NCBI GenBank assembly: GCA_041891055.1
Contig: CP169075.1
Location: 32,001-96,000 of the forward strand
Length of the DNA: 64,000 nt
DNA from: Halorutilales archaeon Cl-col2-1
GTDB lineage: Archaea > Halobacteriota > Halobacteria > Halobacteriales > Afararchaeaceae
Direction of reading: 5' to 3'
Of the stretch, positions 1 to 9,099 are shown piece by piece; the first letter of the stretch is position 1, and each line of letters opens with the position of its first letter. The notes under the pieces are model-generated. The model did not search any database. It was not told the origin of the DNA and saw only the letters and a list, made by a program, of their open reading frames with translations. A program made the position numbers and the translations under genes.

Positions 1-831
1 TCAAGACTATCGACAAAACATCATACGTGCAGAGCGTGCCCCCCCACGGGATCGGAAAAAACTATCCAAGCGGCGGGGAGACGCCGGCATAATCGGGAAA
101 TACAATATCTTCTTAGACGTGAATGGTTTCGATGAATTTGATAAGGACACCGTTCCGGCAGAACCCGTTGGTCGCGTTTTAGATATTCGGAACGAACTTG
201 TCCATTTCAGACCACGGTGGATAAAGGGAGGGGGAAAGGGATACACTGAAAACGAGTACGGATTTGAGGCATCACTCAAGGATCGATTTGAATTGAACCC
301 CCTGGTGCCCAGCGGTAACGCGTTCTTCCCCGACCAGTGTCTGAGCTACGGATGCGCGGAATGGTCAGCACGGGTTTCGAAAGGATTTGTGAGTCAATTC
401 TCAAAGAGGATAGACCTCGAAATCCACCCGGATATTACTCTCCCCTGATGAAGTCGCGCTATCTATTCAGAAGCCGCTGTTCGAACTCTCTGATTGCTGT
501 CAGCAACACCGTGCGAGATGGAAAGGGGTGTATGCAGCAGGCGTTTTTCTTGGTGAATTTCGTGAGAGAGTGTAGAATGAGTGGTTGAGGTGATCCTGAC
601 CACATAAGCTTATAAACGGTAGTGTTCAGATAAGATGATTCCAAGCGAAGGCGAACGATTTGAGCCAGTCGTCGTCCTCGAGGAAGCGGTCGGCTTTGCT
701 GAGGGGTTGTGACGTACTGTAATGTATCCACCCCCCGAGATGTGTCACGACGTCCGGCAAACGTCGTAGTTTCGACGGTAAAGCGACGTTCACCCGGCAA
801 ACACCACCCACCACTACACACCCATTAATGT

Positions 832-1182
832 ATGAAAGAAGGCACACCGTACTCTAACACGAAAAGCGACGTTCACGCCACCACCTGGCTGAAACCGGGA
901 CAGGTCGAACAAATGCGGGACGTCTGCCTCACCGAGGCGTTCCCGACGTACCTTCAGGATAGAAACGAGGCGATAGTCGCACTCCTATACGACTTAGGGC
1001 TTCGGGCGAGCGAACTATGCGGTCTTGACGTCGACTACGTCGACTTAGAGGCCGGGACGGTCTTTCTCCCGAGCCGTATCCAGAAGGGCGAGCCGATACC
1101 GGCGACACTCGAGCTCGGTAAGTGGGGCGCCGACGCCGACGAGACATACACCTCTGAAAAGGTGATAGAACTCGGGAGGTGA
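832..1182 (+). pseudogene. Tyrosine recombinase/integrase (haloarchaeal XerC/D-like), internally deleted
   Basis: RNEAIVALLYDLGLRASEL (catalytic Arg box) and LPSRIQKG (Lys) are present. The ORF is only 116 aa and lacks the HxxR box and the catalytic Tyr region. Confidence 0.85.
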
Positions 1183-1202
1183 CGACCAAACGAACTGCCA
1201 TG

Positions 1203-1247
1203 GACTAACCAACAGATCTAGAGAAATATTAGAAATGTTGGTTAGCT
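1203..1247 (-). repeat. Site B copy just downstream of the integrase
   Basis: CTAACCAACA-gatctagagaaatattagaaa-TGTTGGTTAG; its spacer resembles the reverse complement of the spacers at 7133, 12430, 25852 and 26743. Confidence 0.9.
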
Positions 1248-1733
1248 CTCGAGTTGAAGCGACACGCCGTTCTCGTGAACCACGCCCCAGGGCGTCTCAC
1301 CTCGGGGTTTAGAGCCGCTGAGACAGCGAAGATTCGCGACTGACGGGTATGAGTCTAATATTAGATCGTCGTAGTACTGTGGTTAGGTACGCGGACTTAA
1401 CTCAGTAAGTACTGGCACACTACAAATCTAACATTAGAACGAACCAAACATCACCAAATCCCGCTAATCCATATAGTAAAATAGAATTTATACGCTACAG
1501 AGTCATCCTGCATTAAGCTGGTATCTCTCTGCCGACAATCCCTACGATAAAAACGAAGAAAGTGAATAGAACTCTCGACTTACCAGTACCTATCTGAGAG
1601 AGGATCTGATAGAAAGATGTCTGAGAAAGTATTAGCCGGCAGAAATGCTTAATAGAGTTATACCGTTTAGATAATTGACTCCGTCCCCTGAAGTTACGCC
1701 CAAACCGTCCTACTCCCTTTCTATTGATGTATC

Positions 1734-2081
1734 TCAGTCCCCCACAGGTGCGACATACTTCGACTTGATCTTCTCGCCTTCTCTCCATTGATAGTAATAG
1801 TAATCGCTACCCTCGATTGTCTTAACAGTCAGTGTAGCCTTAGCCGGAGCGTCGAGGTCGTCTACGAGATCTTTCCACTCGTCTTCATCCCAGTCGTCGG
1901 GCACGTCTTGCTCGACGACGTCACCAGCTATCTCGTCTTCGGAGAGCTCAAGGTTCTCCTTCCACTCGGCTAACTCCTCAGCCCACTCTGATATGTCTCG
2001 GAGAGTATCTGCGTCTTGGCTATTCACTCCTTTTCTCACGTACTTCGGGACACTCGAAGGCGCGGGCGGTCTTTCAGTCAT
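1734..2081 (-). CDS. Small acidic putative DNA-binding protein (DUF6788-like, mobile-element associated)
   Basis: ATG at 2081 (MTERPPAPSSVPKYV...) with C-terminal KTIEGSDYYYYQWREGEKIKSKYVAP. The longer ORF-track start overlaps the opposite-strand gene. Confidence 0.7.
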   Translation of the reverse strand: MTERPPAPSSVPKYVRKGVNSQDADTLRDISEWAEELAEWKENLELSEDEIAGDVVEQDVPDDWDEDEWKDLVDDLDAPAKATLTVKTIEGSDYYYYQWREGEKIKSKYVAPVGD

Positions 2082-2128
2082 AGCTAACCAACATTTTGGA
2101 CAGATAGTATAAAATCTGTTGGTTAGCT
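2082..2128. promoter_or_regulatory. Site B inverted repeat enclosing a TATA box, directly before the ATG of 1734..2081
   Basis: AGCTAACCAACA-N23-TGTTGGTTAGCT; on the minus strand TTTTATAC lies 25 nt before the ATG, matching leaderless haloarchaeal promoter spacing. Confidence 0.75.
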
Positions 2129-2175
2129 GAGACGGGAAAGCTACTTGGAACTGACTTGCGTATCTCGAAAGAAGC

Positions 2176-3207
2176 GTGAAGAAGACAAAGAGATACCTGA
2201 TACTCTCAGTCGTTGTACTCATAGCAGTCTCGGGCTGTATATCCTCAGATACGGACACAGATACTCCATCCCCGACATCACCCGAGCCGACACCTACATC
2301 TCAGCCTGACTCGACATCTGATTCTCAAGAAGAGACAGATACGGAATCAACTGAACCATCTGAGTTAACAGGCATAGAGGTCACCCGAGTAGTCGACGGC
2401 GATACTATCGAAGTAGAGTACTCTAACGGCACGAAAGACACTATACGCCTGATCGGCGTCGACACACCCGAAGTGCATACCGAAAACTCACCGGACGAGT
2501 TCGAGGGCATACCCGACACGATCCAGGGCTCTGACTGTCTACGTGGATGGGGAGACAACGCCAGCGACTACGCTGAGACAGTTCTATCTGGAGAGACAGT
2601 ACGCCTCGAAACTGATCCTAACCTCGACAAGAGAGGCTACTACGGACGTCTCTTAGCCTATGTGTACGTAGAAGACAGTGGCGAGTCGTTCAACTACCAA
2701 CTCATCAAGAACAGCTACGCGCGGGTCTATGATAGTGATTTTTCGCGACAGGACAAGTATTACGAGGCTGAGTCAGAGGCTCAGAACTCCAAGACTGGTC
2801 TATGGGCTTGTACAGTAAGCACTCAAGAAAGTCAGCAGCAGGATCGTATTGTTACCGACGGCGGCACAGACACGTCGACAAGCCTTAAGATAGTCGAGAT
2901 TCACGCCGACGCCGAGGGTAATGACCACGAGAACCTCAACGACGAATACATAGTCCTCAGAAACAATGGTGACAACTCCGTGGATCTGTCGGGGTGGACT
3001 ATCCAGGACGAAGCAGATCACAGCTACACGATCCCGACGGGGTTTGTTCTCGACAGTGGAGACGAGGTCACTATCCGTACGGGTAGTGGCTCAGACACTT
3101 CGTCGACGTTGTACTGGGACTCAGGATCGGCAGTCTGGAACAACGGCGGCGATACGATCACAGTCACCGATTCTGGAGGTAATGTAGTCGTAGAGGAGTC
3201 ATACTGA
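2176..3207 (+). CDS. Lipoprotein: thermonuclease (SNase) plus lamin-tail domain
   Basis: Lipobox VSGC; VVDGDTI, IRLIGVDTPE and YGRLLAYV (SNase); NLNDEYIVLRN...DLSGWTI...VWNNGGD (LTD). Confidence 0.9.
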   Translation: MKKTKRYLILSVVVLIAVSGCISSDTDTDTPSPTSPEPTPTSQPDSTSDSQEETDTESTEPSELTGIEVTRVVDGDTIEVEYSNGTKDTIRLIGVDTPEVHTENSPDEFEGIPDTIQGSDCLRGWGDNASDYAETVLSGETVRLETDPNLDKRGYYGRLLAYVYVEDSGESFNYQLIKNSYARVYDSDFSRQDKYYEAESEAQNSKTGLWACTVSTQESQQQDRIVTDGGTDTSTSLKIVEIHADAEGNDHENLNDEYIVLRNNGDNSVDLSGWTIQDEADHSYTIPTGFVLDSGDEVTIRTGSGSDTSSTLYWDSGSAVWNNGGDTITVTDSGGNVVVEESY

Positions 3208-3276
3208 AGATAATGTGCAAGGTATGTGCAAACTCCCGTTAATCTAATAAGTCTGTGTGCAAAACTTGCATATGAG

Positions 3277-3636
3277 ATGAGTACGAGTGACGATCCTCGA
3301 CGAGTTCACTTTCAGTCTCCCGAGTACCTCGTTGAGAGATTAGACGCTGTAGCTGACATCTTCGACAAAGATCGCACAGATCTTCTCGTCGAAGCAATTC
3401 GTGAGTACCTCGAAGAAACTGCCGAGAGCGAGAGCTTTCAAGAACTGGTCTCAAACAAGTATTACGACGATCAGATTGATTTCGAGACTGTCAAACAGTT
3501 AGTCGGTGCTGAAACCGCTCAGCGTCTCCGTCTTCTCAAGTCTGACTTAGAGGACGAACCCCTCGATATCTCTCCTCCCGAAGATGTCGATATCTACGGT
3601 GGGGAAGCAACTACAGTTGACGAAGACGAACTATGA
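3277..3636 (+). CDS. Ribbon-helix-helix-type antitoxin/regulator
   Basis: RRVHFQSPEYLVERLDAVAD...RTDLLVEAIREYL; overlaps the PIN gene by 4 nt (ATGA). Confidence 0.7.
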   Translation: MSTSDDPRRVHFQSPEYLVERLDAVADIFDKDRTDLLVEAIREYLEETAESESFQELVSNKYYDDQIDFETVKQLVGAETAQRLRLLKSDLEDEPLDISPPEDVDIYGGEATTVDEDEL

Positions 3637-4205
3637 GTAGCCGGCATTTGAGTTCGGTAGTCGCAGATACGAGTTCACTAGTCAGTCTTGGTGTACCTCG
3701 TGCGGACTCCGAGTACGATACACAAGAGAATCCAGATCCTCTCCAGTATCTCCTCACCTCGTGTGAGGTCTTTGTACCACCCGAGGTAGTCACCGAGCTT
3801 CGTGAGATAACGCAGTATCAGGACATCCACGGTGCCGCAGCTAACAATGTACTCGCAGCTTCTGATTTCTATACTGTCAAAGACCCCTACGCCTACGAGG
3901 AGTCAGATGTCAGCTCGAGACCGACGTTTGGACTCGATGACGGAGAGACAGACGGCATAGTCCTCGCTAACACACTCGATGTAGACGGGTTTCTGACTGA
4001 CGAATTCGGTGGGACGAATTTTGCACTTATCCATGCTACTTTACGTGAGTCACGGATTATACCTACTCCACGGCTGATACTTGATTATGCTCGAAACGGA
4101 TACATGACTCACGACGAAGCCCAGAGCTTGATAGCGACTATCTCTCCACATCGAAGCTGGGGCAACAGTCCTTACGTCTCTCAAATTCTCGACCTACTGG
4201 AGTGA
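3633..4205 (+). CDS. PIN-domain (VapC-like) toxin
   Basis: VVADTSSL, PPEVVTEL, LDDGETDGI and FLTDE form the PIN acidic pattern. Confidence 0.75.
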   Translation: MSSRHLSSVVADTSSLVSLGVPRADSEYDTQENPDPLQYLLTSCEVFVPPEVVTELREITQYQDIHGAAANNVLAASDFYTVKDPYAYEESDVSSRPTFGLDDGETDGIVLANTLDVDGFLTDEFGGTNFALIHATLRESRIIPTPRLILDYARNGYMTHDEAQSLIATISPHRSWGNSPYVSQILDLLE

Positions 4206-4392
4206 CTCGTACTGGGAAATCTTCAACTGCGCTGGGAACTCGATGTAATATATGGAGCGTATTGCCATCGTTAGTGACACACATATACCCGACAGAGAGG
4301 CGTGGATGCCCGAAGAGTTTGAGAGGCGGATAACACAAGCCGACCACCTCATCCATGCTGGAGATTTCATCTCTGAAGAAGTACTCAGGGAA

Positions 4393-5821
4393 TTGACATC
4401 CTCCTCCGCCTGAAGGCGGAGGAATCCCACATTGGGATATTAGGGTTTGCAGTCTACCCGTTCTTGTGGCATGATTCCAGCCGTAGTATCGAACAGATAG
4501 ACTCCGGGCTGTGCCAAACAGCCGTTACTCATATCCTCCGAAGGAGGACTCTGAGTTATCTTACGTCGAATGTTAATCGCACCGTTCACGTCTGCGTTCA
4601 TCACCGTATCGCACGAACTACAGACGTATAGACCACGCTCTACACGGTTGCTGTCGTCTATCTTACCACAACAACAACAGGTCTTTGACGTGTTCTCCTC
4701 GTCCACACGCTCCACGAGAATGCCGTACTCCTCGGCTTTGTACTCAAGCAGACGGGTGAAACGGTCAAACTCCCAACCGTGCAACTTTTTGTTACCCGAC
4801 TTACCCCAACTACGACTCTCTCCGTCTTCGTCCTCTCGTATATCGCTCAAGTCACCTACCGCGATAGTCCCAACATCCTTCTCCACACACCGTTCAACGA
4901 TGTGGCGAGACAAAGTATGCAGGAAATGGTCTTTCCGCCGGGAGAGCTTACGACGTGCGCGTAATGCTTTCTCAGAAGGTCCGTCTTCGCCTTCCGTCTG
5001 GTATTCTTCCTGTGTGAAGTAGTGTTTGTCCTGCTTGAGTCGGTTTCCGGGATAGAGTTCAGGATCACCATCTTCATACGCTATAGCGACGTAGTTTTTC
5101 ATACCGAGGTCGATACCCGCTACGTCGTCACCGGGTGCATCCTCAACAGGTATCTCCTTCCTGCAGACGATGTGTACTTCCCATCTGTCTCCATTCCACA
5201 CCGCTCGTACTTGCTGTACATTCTCCACTTCTACGTCTGGACGAGTCTCGTACTCTACGAGGATGTAGTCATCACGATTCTCTTTTAGGTTCCAGCCTTT
5301 CGACAGCCGTAGCCTGTTGTACTCATCGTCGTGCTTGATACCGCGTTTCTTCCATGTAACGGTAGAGCGTGGGTGGTCGTCTCCACGTTTTCTGTAACCC
5401 GGCGGATTATTACTGTCGTCGGAGTTGTACCAGCCGTTGAACGCCTCAGAAAGCTCTTCAAGAACTCTCTGACTGGACTGACTGTGTAAGTCCTTGTAGC
5501 GTTCGTGGTCTTTCAACTCCGACTTGAGTTCGCTTTCGTCGGGTATCTCACCGTCTTCGTCCCACCGTTGTTGAACGTAGCTACGACCAACGTTCCAGAG
5601 TCGAGAAGCTGAGTGCCCGCACTTGTCAAGGTCGTCTTCGACCTGATTATGGTTGGTTATCTTACCAACGTAGGTGCGGGTCGTCTCCAACACATAATTA
5701 GTTATGTACCGTTCTATATTAAAGGCAACGAATATCCAAACCAGTCTATGTTCATGGTTAGCTGAGTAGTTCGACGGATTCATCCTGACCCTAAAGGGTC
5801 AGGTATTCTCCTCCGTTACGT
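4393..5821 (-). mobile_element. IS200/IS605 family element, tnpB only (IS1341-type)
   Basis: Subterminal hairpins CCTCCGCCtgaaGGCGGAGG and CCTGACCCtaaaGGGTCAGG; inserted 3' of TTAT on the minus strand, ends TCAA, no target duplication. Confidence 0.9.
4440..5693 (-). CDS. tnpB: RNA-guided endonuclease TnpB
   Basis: GIDLG (RuvC I), TSKTCCCCG...CSSC zinc finger, NADVNGAINI (RuvC III); probable GTG start at 5693. Confidence 0.93.
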   Translation of the reverse strand: MLETTRTYVGKITNHNQVEDDLDKCGHSASRLWNVGRSYVQQRWDEDGEIPDESELKSELKDHERYKDLHSQSSQRVLEELSEAFNGWYNSDDSNNPPGYRKRGDDHPRSTVTWKKRGIKHDDEYNRLRLSKGWNLKENRDDYILVEYETRPDVEVENVQQVRAVWNGDRWEVHIVCRKEIPVEDAPGDDVAGIDLGMKNYVAIAYEDGDPELYPGNRLKQDKHYFTQEEYQTEGEDGPSEKALRARRKLSRRKDHFLHTLSRHIVERCVEKDVGTIAVGDLSDIREDEDGESRSWGKSGNKKLHGWEFDRFTRLLEYKAEEYGILVERVDEENTSKTCCCCGKIDDSNRVERGLYVCSSCDTVMNADVNGAINIRRKITQSPPSEDMSNGCLAQPGVYLFDTTAGIMPQERVDCKP

Positions 5822-6203
5822 ATAAGAGAACTCGCTGATGGGGACTTGACAGCAGTCAAAGGAAATATCGATTCTGGGGGTCTTGGTCTCCCAGAGGTCT
5901 CGACACTCGAGGTAGAGGATGTTAAGTTCGTAGTCACTCACGGGACGGGAGACCTGACGAACTACCAAGAGCGTGTTGCGGAAACTGTCAAGTCGAATAG
6001 AGCAGATTCAGACTCCGTGAAGACAGTTGGTGTCTCTGGGCACACTCACGAGACGCTCGATACCCGTGTTGATGGCATACGTATACTCAACCCTGGAACA
6101 GTAACAGGAGCAGATCCGGCTTCAGAAGCGAGTATGATGACAGCCGAAGTCGACAGTGAAAACATCGACGTTAGCTTACACATCGAAGACTGACGACTAA
6201 GAC

Positions 6204-6959
6204 CTAGAACTCGTCTAAGGATTTCGTCGTCTCGCCTACGCCGGTCTCGGGCTCTAACTCGACGTGTTCTAGATCGTATTTTTCGAGTTGATTCATCGCA
6301 CTACCAGTCACGGAGGGAGCGACCAGAATTCCGCGGACGCCTTCATAGCCTCTTTCTCTGTAGTTTTCTACGTAGCGTTGTAGCTGGTCGACAGCCTTAG
6401 GACCGACTCTTCGGCGTTTAAGCTCGAGTATCACCGGATTACTCTCACTATCTCGTCCGAAGACGTCGATACGTCCGTAGTCGCTCTCACGCTCTTTTTC
6501 AATAGCTCGAAATCCCTCTTCGATTATATCTGGATTCATCATGATGCGGTTCTGCATCTGCTCCTCAGCACCCTCTAACGAGATCTCTCGGCTGTCCTCG
6601 AGCTTCATGGACGTGACTTGGTATACGTCTTCGAAGACTATCGAGATTGTTTCTCTGGGACTCGTGCGGCGACTCTTAATCTTGAGCTTGTCTCCGTAAA
6701 GTGACGCTTGGGCAGTCGATCCCGGCGGCTGCCAGTTGACGGGCTTTCTTTTTTCGTCCTGGTGTACGAGTAGAGTGCCGTCAGGTTTGATTAGTATTAC
6801 TCGGTCGCCTACTCCGAGATAGCTTGAGGCTCTGCCGTCGTAGTCTACTTCGCAACGTCCTATAATGTTGATGGTACGTCGTTTTTCGAGGGCTTCTGTG
6901 ACGAGTTCGAGGGCTTCTCGGTGGGAAGGATCGGGTATAGATTCGAGGTTATTGCTCAC
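6204..6959 (-). CDS. nucS: Endonuclease NucS/EndoMS
   Basis: CEVDYDGRASS, KPDGTLLVH, KPVNWQPPG, GRIDV, ELKRR, QLQRY; C-terminal PIP-like TTKSLDEF. Confidence 0.95.
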   Translation of the reverse strand: MSNNLESIPDPSHREALELVTEALEKRRTINIIGRCEVDYDGRASSYLGVGDRVILIKPDGTLLVHQDEKRKPVNWQPPGSTAQASLYGDKLKIKSRRTSPRETISIVFEDVYQVTSMKLEDSREISLEGAEEQMQNRIMMNPDIIEEGFRAIEKERESDYGRIDVFGRDSESNPVILELKRRRVGPKAVDQLQRYVENYRERGYEGVRGILVAPSVTGSAMNQLEKYDLEHVELEPETGVGETTKSLDEF

Positions 6960-7132
6960 TGATAGTCTGTAACGAAAGGCAGGTATATGGGAGTTCTTCT
7001 TCATACGGTTGAGCGAGAAAGGTGGATCGGGCTAGGAGACAAGGGGACGGCGGGCAGCACCGTTTTCGACGGTGCAGATGGTCGTTGTACTGCGTTTTAC
7101 TAAGCATTTCTGTTCTGGTGGCTTGGGATAAG

Positions 7133-7252
7133 AGCTAACCAACATTTTCTAAATATTGTCTAGAGATGTTGGTTAGCTAGGGAGAGAAATACAATCCAAA
7201 GCGGGTGTGGTAGTCGTTGGTGTTAAGCTGGGTCAGGTGACTCAGGTTAACA
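7133..7252 (+). repeat. Composite B-linker-A repeat, copy 1
   Basis: Site B at 7133-7178; site A TGTTAAGCTGGGTCAGGTGACTCAGGTTAACA at 7221-7252. Confidence 0.95.
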
Positions 7253-7398
7253 ATACTAGTTAGAAGTTCTAACTTTACCTCACTATCCCTCGATTATAGA
7301 ATAGTTTCTAACGACCATCTGTCACTAGTTGGGTCGATTCTATCTGGCTCCGCACCTCTTTCGGTTAGGATGCCTGCGTGGTAAAGCATCGCTTTGAG

Positions 7399-8880
7399 GT
7401 CAACTACCCCACCCTACTTCGCTCACCCTGACGGGTTCGCTCGTTGAGGGTGTCGTCAGAAGCGGAGCTTCTGACTGCTCGCAAATTTACGATTTGTGAT
7501 GGGGCTTGTCGGTGGACTCCGCCTCTGACTCCATAACAGAGTACGAGACAAATCCTCGGTTCGACTTCACAGTCCCCGACTTCAGGGCAAGTTGACTGTT
7601 GCCCGTCCGCCGTGAGTCATGTAGCCCACGACGGACAAACCGCCATCCAACATTCTTCGCCGCGTTATAATCTGCATTCGCCGTCGCACCACACTTCTCA
7701 CACTCGAAGAAATCGCGCTCCGTTCGGTTGCCATCGCTCGTATGACCGCACTCACAACACCGCTTCGACGTATTCTCAGGGTCAACGTACACGACCTCGA
7801 TACCCAGTTCCTCAGCCTTGTACTCGACGTACTTGACGAGTTGGGCGTGCGCCCACTGGTGGAATTTACGCTTGCTCGGCATCGAGTCGCGGATGTGCGT
7901 CAAGTCCTCGAACGCGATGTGCGTACAGTCGTAGGCGACTGCCTCCGCGAGCAACCGATTCGACACCCTGTGCAGGTAGTCACGGTTGTACCGTTCTTCG
8001 CGGTTATCCCGCTGGACGAGTGTGCGATGCGCGGACTCGGTGCCCGTTTCTTGGAGACCACCACGAACGCGCTCGAACTCGCGGTGTTCGTGCAAGAGTT
8101 CTTTCCCGGATTCGAAGTGGGCGGTGCTGGTGACAGCGATGTTTTCGATGCCGAGGTCAACCCCGAGAACTGTCCTGTCCTCGGCGGGCGACTCGTCGGC
8201 ATCGGGTTTCGGCTTACGGAAGCCGAGATGTAAATAGTAGTTGCCGTCACGCGCTGTCAGCGTCGATTCCGTCACTTCCCACTCGTCGCTGTCGAGGTAT
8301 TGGTACTGGTAGCCGTCTTCGTCGTCGGGCAGTACCAATTCGCACCGCACTCGACTGTCGGTGGTGGCGAGGGAGACGGTGTTGTCATCGAACAGGGTCA
8401 TCGTGTTGGCGTCGTACTTCACCGTTGGAGCAGTGAACTCGGGTTTCGAGTAGTTGCGACCCTGCTGTTTGCGTTCATGAACGCCTTTCAATGCTTGTGC
8501 GGCTTGGAAGCACGCGAGGATGGCGTGTTGACTCCCGAGATGAGTTTGGTCACGAACATCGTCGTAGGCGAGCGACTGGAGTTTCCGCTTACGGGTTTCG
8601 TAGTGTTCCCAGCCGATGCCCGTGGCAATGTTTGCACCCGTGCGCCATTCGTCAATCGTGTCTTCGAGCAGGTCGGCCTGCTCAGGAGACACGGAGAGGC
8701 GCGTTATCGCGGTGCGTCTCAGGTAGTCGTCGTCCGACACACGTTCAAAGAATACCTGTGGTTACTTAATAGTTGGTGTCTGACTGGTGTGTGGGTGACG
8801 CGTTCCTCCCCGCCCTACTGCGCCACTCGCTTCGTTGCGTTGATCGTTGAGGACGGGGACTCCGCACTACCGCACAGTTG
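7399..8880 (-). mobile_element. IS200/IS605 family element, tnpB only
   Basis: Right end ...GAAGTAGGGTGGGGTAGTTGAC; left end TTTCAACTGTGCGG...GAGTCCCCGTCCTCAAC hairpin region. The left boundary is approximate. Confidence 0.85.
7487..8740 (-). CDS. tnpB: RNA-guided endonuclease TnpB
   Basis: GVDLG, AFEDL, TSKRCCECG...CEKC, NADYNAAKN. Confidence 0.95.
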   Translation of the reverse strand: MSDDDYLRRTAITRLSVSPEQADLLEDTIDEWRTGANIATGIGWEHYETRKRKLQSLAYDDVRDQTHLGSQHAILACFQAAQALKGVHERKQQGRNYSKPEFTAPTVKYDANTMTLFDDNTVSLATTDSRVRCELVLPDDEDGYQYQYLDSDEWEVTESTLTARDGNYYLHLGFRKPKPDADESPAEDRTVLGVDLGIENIAVTSTAHFESGKELLHEHREFERVRGGLQETGTESAHRTLVQRDNREERYNRDYLHRVSNRLLAEAVAYDCTHIAFEDLTHIRDSMPSKRKFHQWAHAQLVKYVEYKAEELGIEVVYVDPENTSKRCCECGHTSDGNRTERDFFECEKCGATANADYNAAKNVGWRFVRRGLHDSRRTGNSQLALKSGTVKSNRGFVSYSVMESEAESTDKPHHKS

Positions 8881-8991
8881 AAACAGACTATCGTCCCAGA
8901 GTCAAATATCACGCCTACCAGAAACCGCTCGGTAAATATTACTATATGGCGAATATGTGAGATATTCTATAGCACTCACATTCTTTATAAA

Positions 8992-9037
8992 ACTCCAAAG
9001 CAGGTGAGTGTGGTTAGTCTGGTGTTAAGTTGGTTCA
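8992..9037 (+). repeat. Partial repeat: linker plus left half of site A
   Basis: ACTCCAAAGCAGGTG...GGTGTTAAGTTGGTTCA, then unrelated sequence. Confidence 0.75.
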
Positions 9038-9099
9038 TCTACACATTATAGATTAATATTAATGTATTCAGAGAACATCAAACATATACGCTTAATCAA

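Larger units (their letters stand above)
4252..6193 (+). pseudogene. Metallophosphoesterase (YfcE/MJ0936-like) split by an IS
   Basis: 4252-4392 encodes MERIAIVSDTHIP...IHAGDF...VLRE and resumes in frame at 5822 as IRELADGDLTAVKGNID...HG...GHTH...NPG. Confidence 0.9.

Noticed and set aside
7-847. Short ORFs 7-279, 119-448, 337-588, 459-821 and 626-847 as genes
   Set aside because: They overlap each other, have non-acidic composition and show no recognisable motifs.
7133-7178. Canonical integron attC site (AGCTAAC...GTTAGCT resembles R boxes)
   Set aside because: Only about 46 bp, fully paired next to the R-like boxes, with no evident L boxes or extrahelical bases, and not consistently placed after single genes. 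The integrase fragment shows no IntI-specific features.
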